Below, piece after piece: positions 20,635 through 28,785 of a stretch of 64,000 bases of DNA (the first letter of the stretch is position 1; each line of letters opens with the position of its first letter). A program made the position numbers and the translations under genes. The notes under the pieces were generated by a model. That model worked only from the letters and a program-made list of their open reading frames with translations, was not told where the DNA came from and did no database searches. Source of the DNA: Acidobacteriota bacterium (GTDB lineage Bacteria; Acidobacteriota; Vicinamibacteria; Vicinamibacterales; 2-12-FULL-66-21). The DNA is taken from NCBI GenBank assembly GCA_046727175.1, contig JBKPCD010000132.1:29474-93473 (forward strand), written 5' to 3'.

Positions 20635-20930
20635 TCGGGAAGTATAGCGGAGAGCTTTGCTGTCACTCGATCAACGGACAAATCGCTGACGACGATCCGT
20701 TTGTCGCGGGATTTCTGGCCACTCACGATCGCGACGTCGCGGCGTGGACAATCGAGCAGGGCGGCGAGGAACGCGATCAGCGCGTCGTTCGCAGCCCCAT
20801 CGACGGGCGCAGAAGCAATGCGAACGAGAAGCGCGTCACCGCGTACTCCCGCGATGCCGGTGTGGCCGGCACGCGGAATGACGCGAACAGCGAAGGAAAC
20901 TCCGGAACGTAAGAAGGAGAGCGGAATCAA
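20631..20930 (-). CDS. DUF167 (YggU) family protein
   Basis: 99 aa. FAVRVIPRAG...LLVRIASAPVDGAANDALIAFLAALL....V.IVSGQKSRDKRI matches the YggU pattern. Confidence 0.8.
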   Translation of the reverse strand: MIPLSFLRSGVSFAVRVIPRAGHTGIAGVRGDALLVRIASAPVDGAANDALIAFLAALLDCPRRDVAIVSGQKSRDKRIVVSDLSVDRVTAKLSAILPE

Positions 20931-21556
20931 CTCCGCTCGTCTGCCCGGCGCGGAACGGACGGGTCGCGCGCCACGTTCGCCGCGGGCTCGGCCGGACGCG
21001 GACGGTGCAGCAGCAGTTTCTCGTCGGATGTGTCCTGCTCGCGAATGAACTCGAGCGCGCGCCGGAGCGCTTGGATCGTGCTCTCGAGCGTGCCTTCGAC
21101 GTCGCGGCGACGCAGCCGCAGCTCGTTGATGTCGCGCTCGACCTCTTCGAGCCGGACCTGCGCTTTCTGCAGCAGGAGATCCGCGCGGCCTTGCGCTTCG
21201 CGCACGATCAGCTTCGCCTCGGTTTGGGCGCTTTCCTTGATCTCGTCGGCAAGCCGCTGCGCGGTCAGCAGGGTGTTTCGCAGGTTCGCCTCACGCTCGC
21301 GATGCTCGGTCAGCAAAGCTTCGGTTCGGACGAGATCCTGCCGAAGTCGGTCGAGCTCGCGAAGCGCCTGCTCGTAATCGGCGGCGGCTTCGGTCAGAAA
21401 TGCGACGACTTCGGTGCGATCGAATCCTCGCAACGCTGTCCGAAATCTCGGCTGACGCAGGTCGAGCGGCGCGATGCGCATCACGCGCTCGGGTGGTGGA
21501 GATCCTGCACCGGCTGCCGTGACGTTTGTCGAAACTGGCGGACGCTCGGCCATCAT
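20927..21556 (-). CDS. DivIVA domain protein
   Basis: MRIAPLDLRQPRFRTALRGFDRTEVVAFL followed by coiled coil. ATG 21556 has GGGGGA upstream; an alternative start is ATG 21481. Confidence 0.8.
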   Translation of the reverse strand: MMAERPPVSTNVTAAGAGSPPPERVMRIAPLDLRQPRFRTALRGFDRTEVVAFLTEAAADYEQALRELDRLRQDLVRTEALLTEHREREANLRNTLLTAQRLADEIKESAQTEAKLIVREAQGRADLLLQKAQVRLEEVERDINELRLRRRDVEGTLESTIQALRRALEFIREQDTSDEKLLLHRPRPAEPAANVARDPSVPRRADERS

Positions 21557-21571
21557 ATCCCCCGAGACCCT

Positions 21572-21597
21572 GATTCACGCGAATTTGCGCGGATCAG
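21572..21597. repeat. Copy 2 of the GATTCACGCGGATTTCGCGGATC motif
   Basis: GATTCACGCGAATTTGCGCGGATCAG, 16 nt upstream (opposite strand) of the divIVA ATG 21556. Confidence 0.7.
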
Positions 21598-21603
21598 AAA
21601 AAC

Positions 21604-22305
21604 TTAAGCCCGAAATCTCTTGCCGAAAATCGCGGTGCCGACACGCACGATCGTCGCCCCTTCTTCGATGGCTGCCTCGAAATCGTGGCTCATGCCCATC
21701 GACAGATGCTGGAGCGCGGTCGACGGCACGCCGGAGGACAGCAACCGATCGCGAAACTCACGAAGGCGCACGAACCAGGGTCGGGTCTGCTCCTGATCTT
21801 CGTTCCAGGGCGGCATCAGCATCAAGCCCCGGAGTCGGATGTCGTGCGTCTCCGCCGCCGCGCGGACGAGTCGCTCCGCCTCGTCCGGCGGCGCGCCGAA
21901 CTTCGTCGTCTCACCCGCGAAATCGACCTGAATCAGCACCTCCGGCGCGGTGTCCTTATCCGCGCCGGCGGCAGCATTCGCGACGTGCCGCATCAGCTCC
22001 ATCGAGTCAATCGAGTGAATGCACGCAAACGGTCCGACCGCCTTCTTCGCTTTGTTCGATTGCAGGTGGCCAACGAGGTGCCACCTGGCCGAGATGTCGG
22101 ACGTTGCCGCGATTTTCTGCAGGGCTTCCTGAACGCGGTTTTCACCGAAGTCGCGCTGGCCGGCCGCCCACGCCTCACGGACGGCGTTGGCGTCGAACGT
22201 TTTCGAGATCGCGACGAGCGTGACGTCGGCCGGTTCGCGGCCGGAGCGCCGGGCCGCAGCGTCGATCCGGCTGCGGACCCGGTCGAGGTTCTCGGCGATT
22301 GACAC
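21604..22305 (-). CDS. yggS: YggS-family pyridoxal-phosphate homeostasis protein
   Basis: 233 aa with VTLVAISKTF (PLP lysine), HLVGHLQSNK and LSMGMSHDFEAAI. Confidence 0.9.
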   Translation of the reverse strand: MSIAENLDRVRSRIDAAARRSGREPADVTLVAISKTFDANAVREAWAAGQRDFGENRVQEALQKIAATSDISARWHLVGHLQSNKAKKAVGPFACIHSIDSMELMRHVANAAAGADKDTAPEVLIQVDFAGETTKFGAPPDEAERLVRAAAETHDIRLRGLMLMPPWNEDQEQTRPWFVRLREFRDRLLSSGVPSTALQHLSMGMSHDFEAAIEEGATIVRVGTAIFGKRFRA

Positions 22306-23268
22306 CTACTTTTTGATTTGCGTCAAGACGCCCTTGGCCTGTTCGGCATACTGGCCGGTCGGTGCAATCTTGAGGTACTCCTCGAACTGCTGCGCCGCTT
22401 CGGGCATTTTGCCCTCGTTCAGGTTTGCCATGCCCAGCCAGTAGTGCGCGTCAGCCAGCTTCGGGTCGATCTTGATCGCTTCCTCGAACTGCTTCTTTGC
22501 TTCGGCGATCTTCCCGGCGTTCCACATGATCACGCCCTGGTTGAACACCGTCGACGCGCTGCCACCGCCTCCTGCTGCTGTTCCAGCGCCGGCCAGCTTC
22601 TGTGCCTGCGCGCTCGCCTCCGCCGCCTGATCGAACTTCTTCTGAGCGTTGTAGACAGTTGCGAGCCCGCTATACGCCTCGACGGAATTCGGATTGACTT
22701 CGATGGCTTTCTTGAACGCGGCTTCCGCGGCGTCGTAGTCCTTTTTGTTGATGTTGATCGCGCCGATGTTGGTGTAGCACTCCGTGCATTTCGGCGCGGC
22801 CGCGATGACCTCGTTGAACTTCGCGATCGCCTCGTCGTGCTTGCCCTGATTGCTCAACTCGACGCCTTGGGAGAATGCACCCTTCAGCGCATTCGCCTTG
22901 GCCTCCGCCTCCTTACGATCCTTTTCGGAGACATCGCCACCCGCGCCGGGCCTGAGGCCGAAGTTCACCTCGACCATGTCGAGGCCGATATGCTTGTTGA
23001 AGCTCTGGATCAGGCCGTCCTTCTCGGCGGTGATCTTGTAATCGCCTGTCTGGATACCAATCTGGATGTACTCGCCGCGCTTGTTCGTCTTCACCTCATA
23101 CTTGCGGTTTGAGTCGGTCGCCTGGATCGTGACCTTCGCTCCCTCGACCGGCTTGTTCTCGGCGTCAACGACTTTGCCCTTGATCTGACCACCCTGGGCG
23201 TAGGCGGGCGCTGCAGGTGCAGCAAGCCCGACGACAAGCGCGCAGATCGCAACGAATCGGCGTTTCAT
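22306..23268 (-). CDS. Secreted TPR-repeat protein with N-terminal carboxypeptidase-regulatory-like domain
   Basis: Signal peptide MKRRFVAICALVVGLAAPAAPAYA, then GKVVDAENKPVEGAKVTI and several TPR units. Start moved to ATG 23268 (GAGGGGAG upstream). Confidence 0.7.
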   Translation of the reverse strand: MKRRFVAICALVVGLAAPAAPAYAQGGQIKGKVVDAENKPVEGAKVTIQATDSNRKYEVKTNKRGEYIQIGIQTGDYKITAEKDGLIQSFNKHIGLDMVEVNFGLRPGAGGDVSEKDRKEAEAKANALKGAFSQGVELSNQGKHDEAIAKFNEVIAAAPKCTECYTNIGAININKKDYDAAEAAFKKAIEVNPNSVEAYSGLATVYNAQKKFDQAAEASAQAQKLAGAGTAAGGGGSASTVFNQGVIMWNAGKIAEAKKQFEEAIKIDPKLADAHYWLGMANLNEGKMPEAAQQFEEYLKIAPTGQYAEQAKGVLTQIKK

Positions 23269-23550
23269 GCGTGCTCCCCTCATACGGAACCTCCGTGTTG
23301 GTTGTGGCTTGAGCGCACGGAGTCCCCGCCGCGCGCCCGCTCGAACCGAATTGACTGAATATCGGCAGAAGTTTCGCTGTTCTTGTGGCCCACCGTACAC
23401 GAGATGCACGGCGGAGGCCGTATTAATTCGTGGCCCAGTTTACACGAATCGCTCACGGGCGAGCCCGCCGCACCCTGTGTACTGCCCTCCGTGGATCGCA
23501 GGATCGCAGCACGTGAATTGCTGAGCAAGGTAACGGATCGTGCCGGACCA

Positions 23551-25593
23551 CTAAGTTGGCAGACGGTCCTCGCGCTCACCGGCCACATCTGCGTCCTTGA
23601 AAAACCTCTGGATGTCGCCGAGCTGCTGCGTGACCGGTGCCGGCGGCAGCGACGCCAAAAACCGCCGCCCGTACCCCATCGTCTTCAGGCGCGGATCGAG
23701 GATCGCGAGCAGACCGCGATCCTGTCGATGACGAATCAGCCGTCCGAGTCCTTGCTTCAACGCGAGAATCGCGAGCGGGACCTGATAGTCCTCGAAGGCC
23801 GACTCGCCGCGAGCCGCGATGGCCTCGATTCGGGCTGCCGTGATTGGATCGCCTGGGGACGCGAACGGCAGCTTGTCGATGATGACGCAGCTCAACGCGT
23901 CGCCGACCACGTCGACGCCCTGCCAGAAGCTGGAAGTCGCGAGCAGCACGGAATTCGGCGTGGCCTTGAAGTCGCGCAGGAGCGTCGAGCGCGGCGCGCT
24001 GCCCTGGACGAGGATCGGATACTCCAACTCTGCGGAGGCGATTCGATGAACCTCGCGCAGGTTCGAGTAGCTCGTGAACAGGACGAACGCGCGACCGCGC
24101 GTGAGCCTCAGGATCTCGATCACTTCCCGGGCAACGGCGCCGGTGAACTGCGGCGACCGTGGCTCCGGCATCCGTTTCGGCAGATACAGAATCGACTGGC
24201 GTCGATAATCGAACTCCGACTCGAGGCGGATCTCCTCTGCCCGGCTGACACCGAGCCGATCCTTGACGTAGCGAAACGATCCGTCGACGGCCAACGTCGC
24301 AGAGGTCAGCACCGCTCCGCGCATGCGATCGAGCAGCATCTCGCGAATGACGGATGAGACGTCGATCGGCGCGGCACGAAGGAACACACCTCGCCCGCGG
24401 GTCTCTATGAAGTACACGAAGCCCGGATCGTCGGCGCGGAGCAGGAACCGCACATCGTTGCGGAGCTCGCCGGCGCGTCGGCCCAACGCGAGTACCTCTT
24501 CGGGGAGGTCAGCGGTCAGCGCGACGTCAGCTTCGAGCGCATCGAGCGCTCCGATGAGCGCACCCCCTTCGTTGCTGACGCGCTGCCCCTGGACGGGACG
24601 GATTCGCAACCGGCTCTCATTCGGATTTCCGCTCTGGAGTCGCTGCCGGAGCGACTCGATCGCGGAGAAGAACGCACGGCCCGCCTCGGTCAGGCGCCTT
24701 GCGTCGGAGGCGAGCTCCTCGGCGCGCTCGCGTTCGGCGATCAGGTTCGCTCCAACAGCGCGGAGCGCGTCGTGCGCGAGATCGTCTACCCGATACGTGC
24801 TCACCGCGATCCCGAAGTACTGGGTCGCCACGTCCTCGAGCTGGTGGGCTTCGTCGATGATCGCGTACCGGCAGTTCGGGATGACCTCGCCGAACTCGCT
24901 CTGGCGGACGGCGGCGTCGGCGCACAGCAGGTGGTGATTGACGATGACGACATCCGCTTCTGCGGCACGCTGACGCATGCGCACGACGAAGCAGTCGTCG
25001 TATCGTGGACATTCCTTGCCGATGCAGTTCTCCGTCGTCGCGGCGATCTCATTCCACATCGGGAGATCTTCGGGAAGATCCTCGATCTCTGCCCGATCGC
25101 CCGTTTCGGTGTGGCGCGACCAGTCGTCGATGATCCTGAGGTGCCTGAACTCGTCGAACGACTTCGCGAAGAGCGATCCTGTTCCGCCGCTCCCATCGCG
25201 CAGCGCGTCAAAACGGTGAAGGCAGAGATAGTTTCCGCGGCCTTTCATGAACGTCGCCTTGAACGCCACGTCGAGGCACTCGCGAAGCACGGGCAGGTCC
25301 TTGAAGAAAATCTGCTCCTGCAGGTTCTTCGTACCGGTCGAGACGAGCACTCGTTGACGGCTGAGAATTGCGGGGACGAGATACGCGAGCGTCTTCCCGG
25401 TGCCCGTGCCGGCTTCCGCGAGAAGGACGCCGCCTTCGGCGAACACCTTCGAGGCAGCGGCCGCCATTTCGACTTGGGCCGCACGCGGCTCGAAGTCGGG
25501 CAACGCGCTCGCGATCGGACCGCGAGACGCGAACGCCCCGGTGACCGCTGCGACTAGCTCCGGCGCTCGGGGTACAGCGGGAACTTCCGGCAC
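23551..25593 (-). CDS. dinG: ATP-dependent DNA helicase, DinG/XPD (Rad3) family
   Basis: 680 aa. Walker [10 protein letters not shown], Cys-rich insert [12 protein letters not shown] and DEAH box [10 protein letters not shown]. The ATG overlaps the glyA 3' end by 40 nt. Confidence 0.85.
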   Translation of the reverse strand: MPEVPAVPRAPELVAAVTGAFASRGPIASALPDFEPRAAQVEMAAAASKVFAEGGVLLAEAGTGTGKTLAYLVPAILSRQRVLVSTGTKNLQEQIFFKDLPVLRECLDVAFKATFMKGRGNYLCLHRFDALRDGSGGTGSLFAKSFDEFRHLRIIDDWSRHTETGDRAEIEDLPEDLPMWNEIAATTENCIGKECPRYDDCFVVRMRQRAAEADVVIVNHHLLCADAAVRQSEFGEVIPNCRYAIIDEAHQLEDVATQYFGIAVSTYRVDDLAHDALRAVGANLIAERERAEELASDARRLTEAGRAFFSAIESLRQRLQSGNPNESRLRIRPVQGQRVSNEGGALIGALDALEADVALTADLPEEVLALGRRAGELRNDVRFLLRADDPGFVYFIETRGRGVFLRAAPIDVSSVIREMLLDRMRGAVLTSATLAVDGSFRYVKDRLGVSRAEEIRLESEFDYRRQSILYLPKRMPEPRSPQFTGAVAREVIEILRLTRGRAFVLFTSYSNLREVHRIASAELEYPILVQGSAPRSTLLRDFKATPNSVLLATSSFWQGVDVVGDALSCVIIDKLPFASPGDPITAARIEAIAARGESAFEDYQVPLAILALKQGLGRLIRHRQDRGLLAILDPRLKTMGYGRRFLASLPPAPVTQQLGDIQRFFKDADVAGEREDRLPT

Positions 25594-26828
25594 AACGCCT
25601 CGACTTCGGTCCGCACGCCTGAGAGCACACGCTCATCGTCCGGGGACTGAAGCACGCGCGCGATCAGTGCGGCGACCGCGTCCATCTCCAGCTCGCCCAT
25701 GCCACGGCTGGTGACTGCGGGCGTTCCGAGCCGGATACCGCTCGCGACCATTGGCGGATTCTGATCGAAAGGAATCACGTTCTTGTTGACGGTGATGCCG
25801 GCTTTCCCGAGCGCGGCCTCGGCGACCTTTCCCGTCAGACCGCGCGAGAACACGTCGACGAGCATCAGGTGATTGTCGGTGCCGCCGCTGACGAGACGGA
25901 AGCCGGCGTCGGACAGGTTCTTCGCAAGGCGCGCCGCGTTGGCCACGATCTGCTTCTGGTATTCCGCGAAGCCGGGCTCCATGGCTTCTTTCAGGCACAC
26001 GGCTTTCGCGGCGATGACGTGCATCAGCGGTCCGCCCTGTATGCCGGGGAAGAGCGATCGATCGAGATCTTTCGCATGATGCGCGCGGCACAAGACGAGG
26101 CCGCCTCGCGGCCCGCGCAGCGTCTTGTGCGTCGTCGTCGTCACGAAGTCCGAGTCCGGAACCGGGTTCGGGTGCACTTTGGCGGCAACCAGGCCGGCGA
26201 TGTGCGCCATGTCGGTCACAACCGGCGCGCCGACGTCTCGTCCGACGCGACCGATGCGCTCGAAGTCGAACACGCGCGGGTAAGCGCTCGCGCCGACCAT
26301 GATCATCTTCGGCTTGTGCTCGTGCGCGAGCCGCTCGAACTCGTCGTAATCGATTCGCTCGTCGTCCTTGCGCACGCCATATGGCACTATGGTGTAGAGC
26401 TTTCCCGAAAAATTCAGCGGATGACCGTGGGTGAGGTGGCCGCCGTGCGCCAGATTCATCCCGAGGACCGTGTCGCCCGGTTTCAGGAGCGTGAAGTACA
26501 CGGCCATGTTCGCCTGTGCCCCGGAATGCGGCTGAACGTTGGCGTGCTCTGCGCCGAAGAGCTCCTTCGCGCGCGCGATCGCCAGTGACTCCGCGACATC
26601 GACGAAGTCACAGCCGCCGTAGTAGCGCTTCCCCGGATAACCCTCTGCGTACTTGTTCGTCAGCACGGATCCGGTGGCTTCGAGCACCGCCTGGCTGACG
26701 AAGTTCTCGGAGGCGATCAGCTCGAGGCCGCTGTTCTGCCGATGCACTTCCTGATCGATCGCGCGCGCGATATCCGGGTCCGTATCAACGAGCGATCGCC
26801 AGCGCAGAGGCGTTTGGGTGATCGGCAT
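25554..26828 (-). CDS. glyA: Serine hydroxymethyltransferase
   Basis: 424 aa with [15 protein letters not shown] and [14 protein letters not shown] (PLP lysine). Confidence 0.97.
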   Translation of the reverse strand: MPITQTPLRWRSLVDTDPDIARAIDQEVHRQNSGLELIASENFVSQAVLEATGSVLTNKYAEGYPGKRYYGGCDFVDVAESLAIARAKELFGAEHANVQPHSGAQANMAVYFTLLKPGDTVLGMNLAHGGHLTHGHPLNFSGKLYTIVPYGVRKDDERIDYDEFERLAHEHKPKMIMVGASAYPRVFDFERIGRVGRDVGAPVVTDMAHIAGLVAAKVHPNPVPDSDFVTTTTHKTLRGPRGGLVLCRAHHAKDLDRSLFPGIQGGPLMHVIAAKAVCLKEAMEPGFAEYQKQIVANAARLAKNLSDAGFRLVSGGTDNHLMLVDVFSRGLTGKVAEAALGKAGITVNKNVIPFDQNPPMVASGIRLGTPAVTSRGMGELEMDAVAALIARVLQSPDDERVLSGVRTEVEALCRKFPLYPERRS

Positions 26829-26882
26829 CAGGGTTCATCGCCTGCGGCCTCGGCGAGCCGAGCGCCAGCGAGTCGATCCGCA

Positions 26883-26919
26883 GCGCGTGGGGTGGGCCCC
26901 CACGCGCATCGAAAAAAAG
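26883..26919. repeat. Copy 2 of the 37-nt hairpin element
   Basis: GCGCGTGGGG-tgggc-CCCCACGCGC-atcgaaaaaaag, in the rpiB-glyA spacer. Confidence 0.85.
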
Positions 26920-26945
26920 TCCAGATCTTCGCGGTCACGTCCAAC

Positions 26946-27407
26946 TCAGCGGGCGGTGTTGAGCGCTTCCCGTCGTTCTATCTCCGCGATTTGATCGATG
27001 CGGTGCTGATGCCGGCCGCCTTCGAACGGCGTGCTGAGCCACACCGCGACGATCTCTTCGGCGAGCGGAGCGGCGACGATACGGCCGCCGATCGCGAGGA
27101 CGTTAGCGTCATTGTGGGCACGCGACATGCGACCCGTGTACAAGTCGTTGCACAGTGCGGCACGAATGCCAGGGATCTTATTTGCCGTCATCTGTTCACC
27201 CTGGCCGCTGCCGCCGACGACGATCCCGCGGTCTGCAATGCCATCCGCAACCGCACGCGCGACCTCGGCGCAAATCGGCGGGTAATCGACTGCGTCGTCG
27301 TTGTGCGTGCCACGATCGTCGATATCGTGCCCGAGCCGCCGCAGTACGATGATCAGCCGCCGCTTCAGCTCGAAGCCGGCATGATCCGCGCCAATCGCGA
27401 TACGCAT
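26946..27407 (-). CDS. rpiB: Ribose-5-phosphate isomerase B
   Basis: 153 aa with MRIAIGADHAGFELK and GGSGQGEQMTANK. Confidence 0.92.
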   Translation of the reverse strand: MRIAIGADHAGFELKRRLIIVLRRLGHDIDDRGTHNDDAVDYPPICAEVARAVADGIADRGIVVGGSGQGEQMTANKIPGIRAALCNDLYTGRMSRAHNDANVLAIGGRIVAAPLAEEIVAVWLSTPFEGGRHQHRIDQIAEIERREALNTAR

Positions 27408-27430
27408 GGCACATGAGATTATACAGGGAA

Positions 27431-27596
27431 GATGCTGACAGTGCTGATGGTGCTGGAAGTGCTGATGGTGCTGGAGGTGCTGACGGTGTCGAAGGGATAG
27501 CGCCTAGAGCAGCGCCAGCAGCTGGAGCACCGTCAGCACCTTTAGCACCGCCAGCACCTTTGGCACCCTTAAGCACCTCCAGCATCATTAGCACCT
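27431..27596. repeat. Period-9 array pair, GGTGCTGAN x7 then NCAGCACCN x8
   Basis: gatgctgac agtgctgat ggtgctgga agtgctgat ggtgctgga ggtgctgac ggtgtcgaa ... gagcaccgt cagcacctt tagcaccgc cagcacctt tggcaccct taagcacct ccagcatca ttagcacct. The inner 14 nt are perfectly complementary. Confidence 0.9.
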
Positions 27597-27601
27597 TCTT
27601 C

Positions 27602-28762
27602 ATGACTCCCACCATTACCCTGACTCCCCGCGGCGAGGATCGCATCCGAAGCGGCCATCTCTGGGTGTACCGCAGCGACATCGCTGACGTTCATGCGACC
27701 GGGGGCGACATCGTCGGGCTCACCGGCGCCCGCGGACGACGAGTGGGGTACGCGCTTTACAGCGATCGATCCGAAATCGCGCTGCGGCTGTTCACGCACG
27801 GTCCGGACCCGCCGGATCTGCGCATATGGCGTTCGCGCCTCGAGTCGGCGATTGCCTACCGCGCATCGCTCCAGATCGATGCGACGGCGTATCGCCTCGT
27901 CCACGGGGAAGCGGATCAACTCCCGTCGTTGATCGTCGACCGTTACGGAGATCACCTCGTTGTCCAGGCCCTGTCGCAGACCGTCGACAGGCTGCTGCCG
28001 GATATCACGAAGCTGCTCGTCGAACTGCTGAATCCCGCAGGCATTCTGGCGCGCAACGATCCGCGCGTCCGGCTGCTCGAAGGGCTCGAACAGCGCGTCG
28101 ATGTGATCCACGGGACCGTGCCCGAGGAGATTGAGATCCGCGAAGGGCGCATCACCTACCTCGTCGATCCCTACCACGGACAGAAGACCGGTTTCTTCCT
28201 CGATCAGCGCGAAAACAGAGTGGCGGCAGCGCGATACGGGCGTGGTCGTCTGCTCGACGCGTTCAGCTACAACGGTGGATTTGCGCTGGCGCTCGCGGCT
28301 CGCTGCGATGAAGTGCTTGCGGTGGACATCTCGGAGAGCGCCGTATCGCGAATCGCGGCGAACTCCGAGCGGAACGGTCTCACGAACGTTCACGCGCGAG
28401 CGATGAACGTGTTCGACGAGCTGCGCGAGCTCGAACGCCGCAGTGAGCGGTTCGACACGATCGTGCTGGATCCGCCCGCGTTCGCCAAGAACCGATCCTC
28501 GGTGGGCAAAGCGTGGTCAGGCTACAAGGAAATCAACCTGCGGGCGTTGAAATTACTGACGAGCGGCGGATTCCTCATCACGTGCAGCTGCTCGTACAAT
28601 GTCAGTGAAGCAGATTTCGCGGATGTCATCGCCGCCGCCGCTGTTGACGCGCATGCGGACGTTGTCGTTGTCGAGAAGCGGATGCAGTCGCGCGACCATC
28701 CCGTTCTGATGACCGTGCCGGAGACGTACTATCTCAAATGTTTTATCTTGCGGAAGCTGTGA
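27602..28762 (+). CDS. rlmI: Class I SAM-dependent rRNA (cytosine-C5) methyltransferase, RlmI-like
   Basis: N-terminal PUA-like region (GHLWVYRSDI), QKTGFFLDQR, LDAFSYNGGFAL and VLDPPAFAK. Start set to ATG 27602; upstream codons translate a nonamer repeat. Confidence 0.85.
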   Translation: MTPTITLTPRGEDRIRSGHLWVYRSDIADVHATGGDIVGLTGARGRRVGYALYSDRSEIALRLFTHGPDPPDLRIWRSRLESAIAYRASLQIDATAYRLVHGEADQLPSLIVDRYGDHLVVQALSQTVDRLLPDITKLLVELLNPAGILARNDPRVRLLEGLEQRVDVIHGTVPEEIEIREGRITYLVDPYHGQKTGFFLDQRENRVAAARYGRGRLLDAFSYNGGFALALAARCDEVLAVDISESAVSRIAANSERNGLTNVHARAMNVFDELRELERRSERFDTIVLDPPAFAKNRSSVGKAWSGYKEINLRALKLLTSGGFLITCSCSYNVSEADFADVIAAAAVDAHADVVVVEKRMQSRDHPVLMTVPETYYLKCFILRKL

Positions 28763-28785
28763 GAAGAAAGAGCAGCACCTTCTTC

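Noticed and set aside
26829-26945. ZTP or other folate/purine-type riboswitch in the glyA leader
   Set aside because: The minus-strand leader lacks the pfl/ZTP core (no CCGCCUGGGC-like 3' element). The only strong structure is the dispersed 25-nt hairpin also found at 15779.
27413-27601. 63-aa Gly/Ala/Asp/Pro-rich extension of RlmI
   Set aside because: It is the translation of the 9-nt repeat arrays, which stay open because 9 is a multiple of 3. The PUA-like N-terminus starts at ATG 27602.
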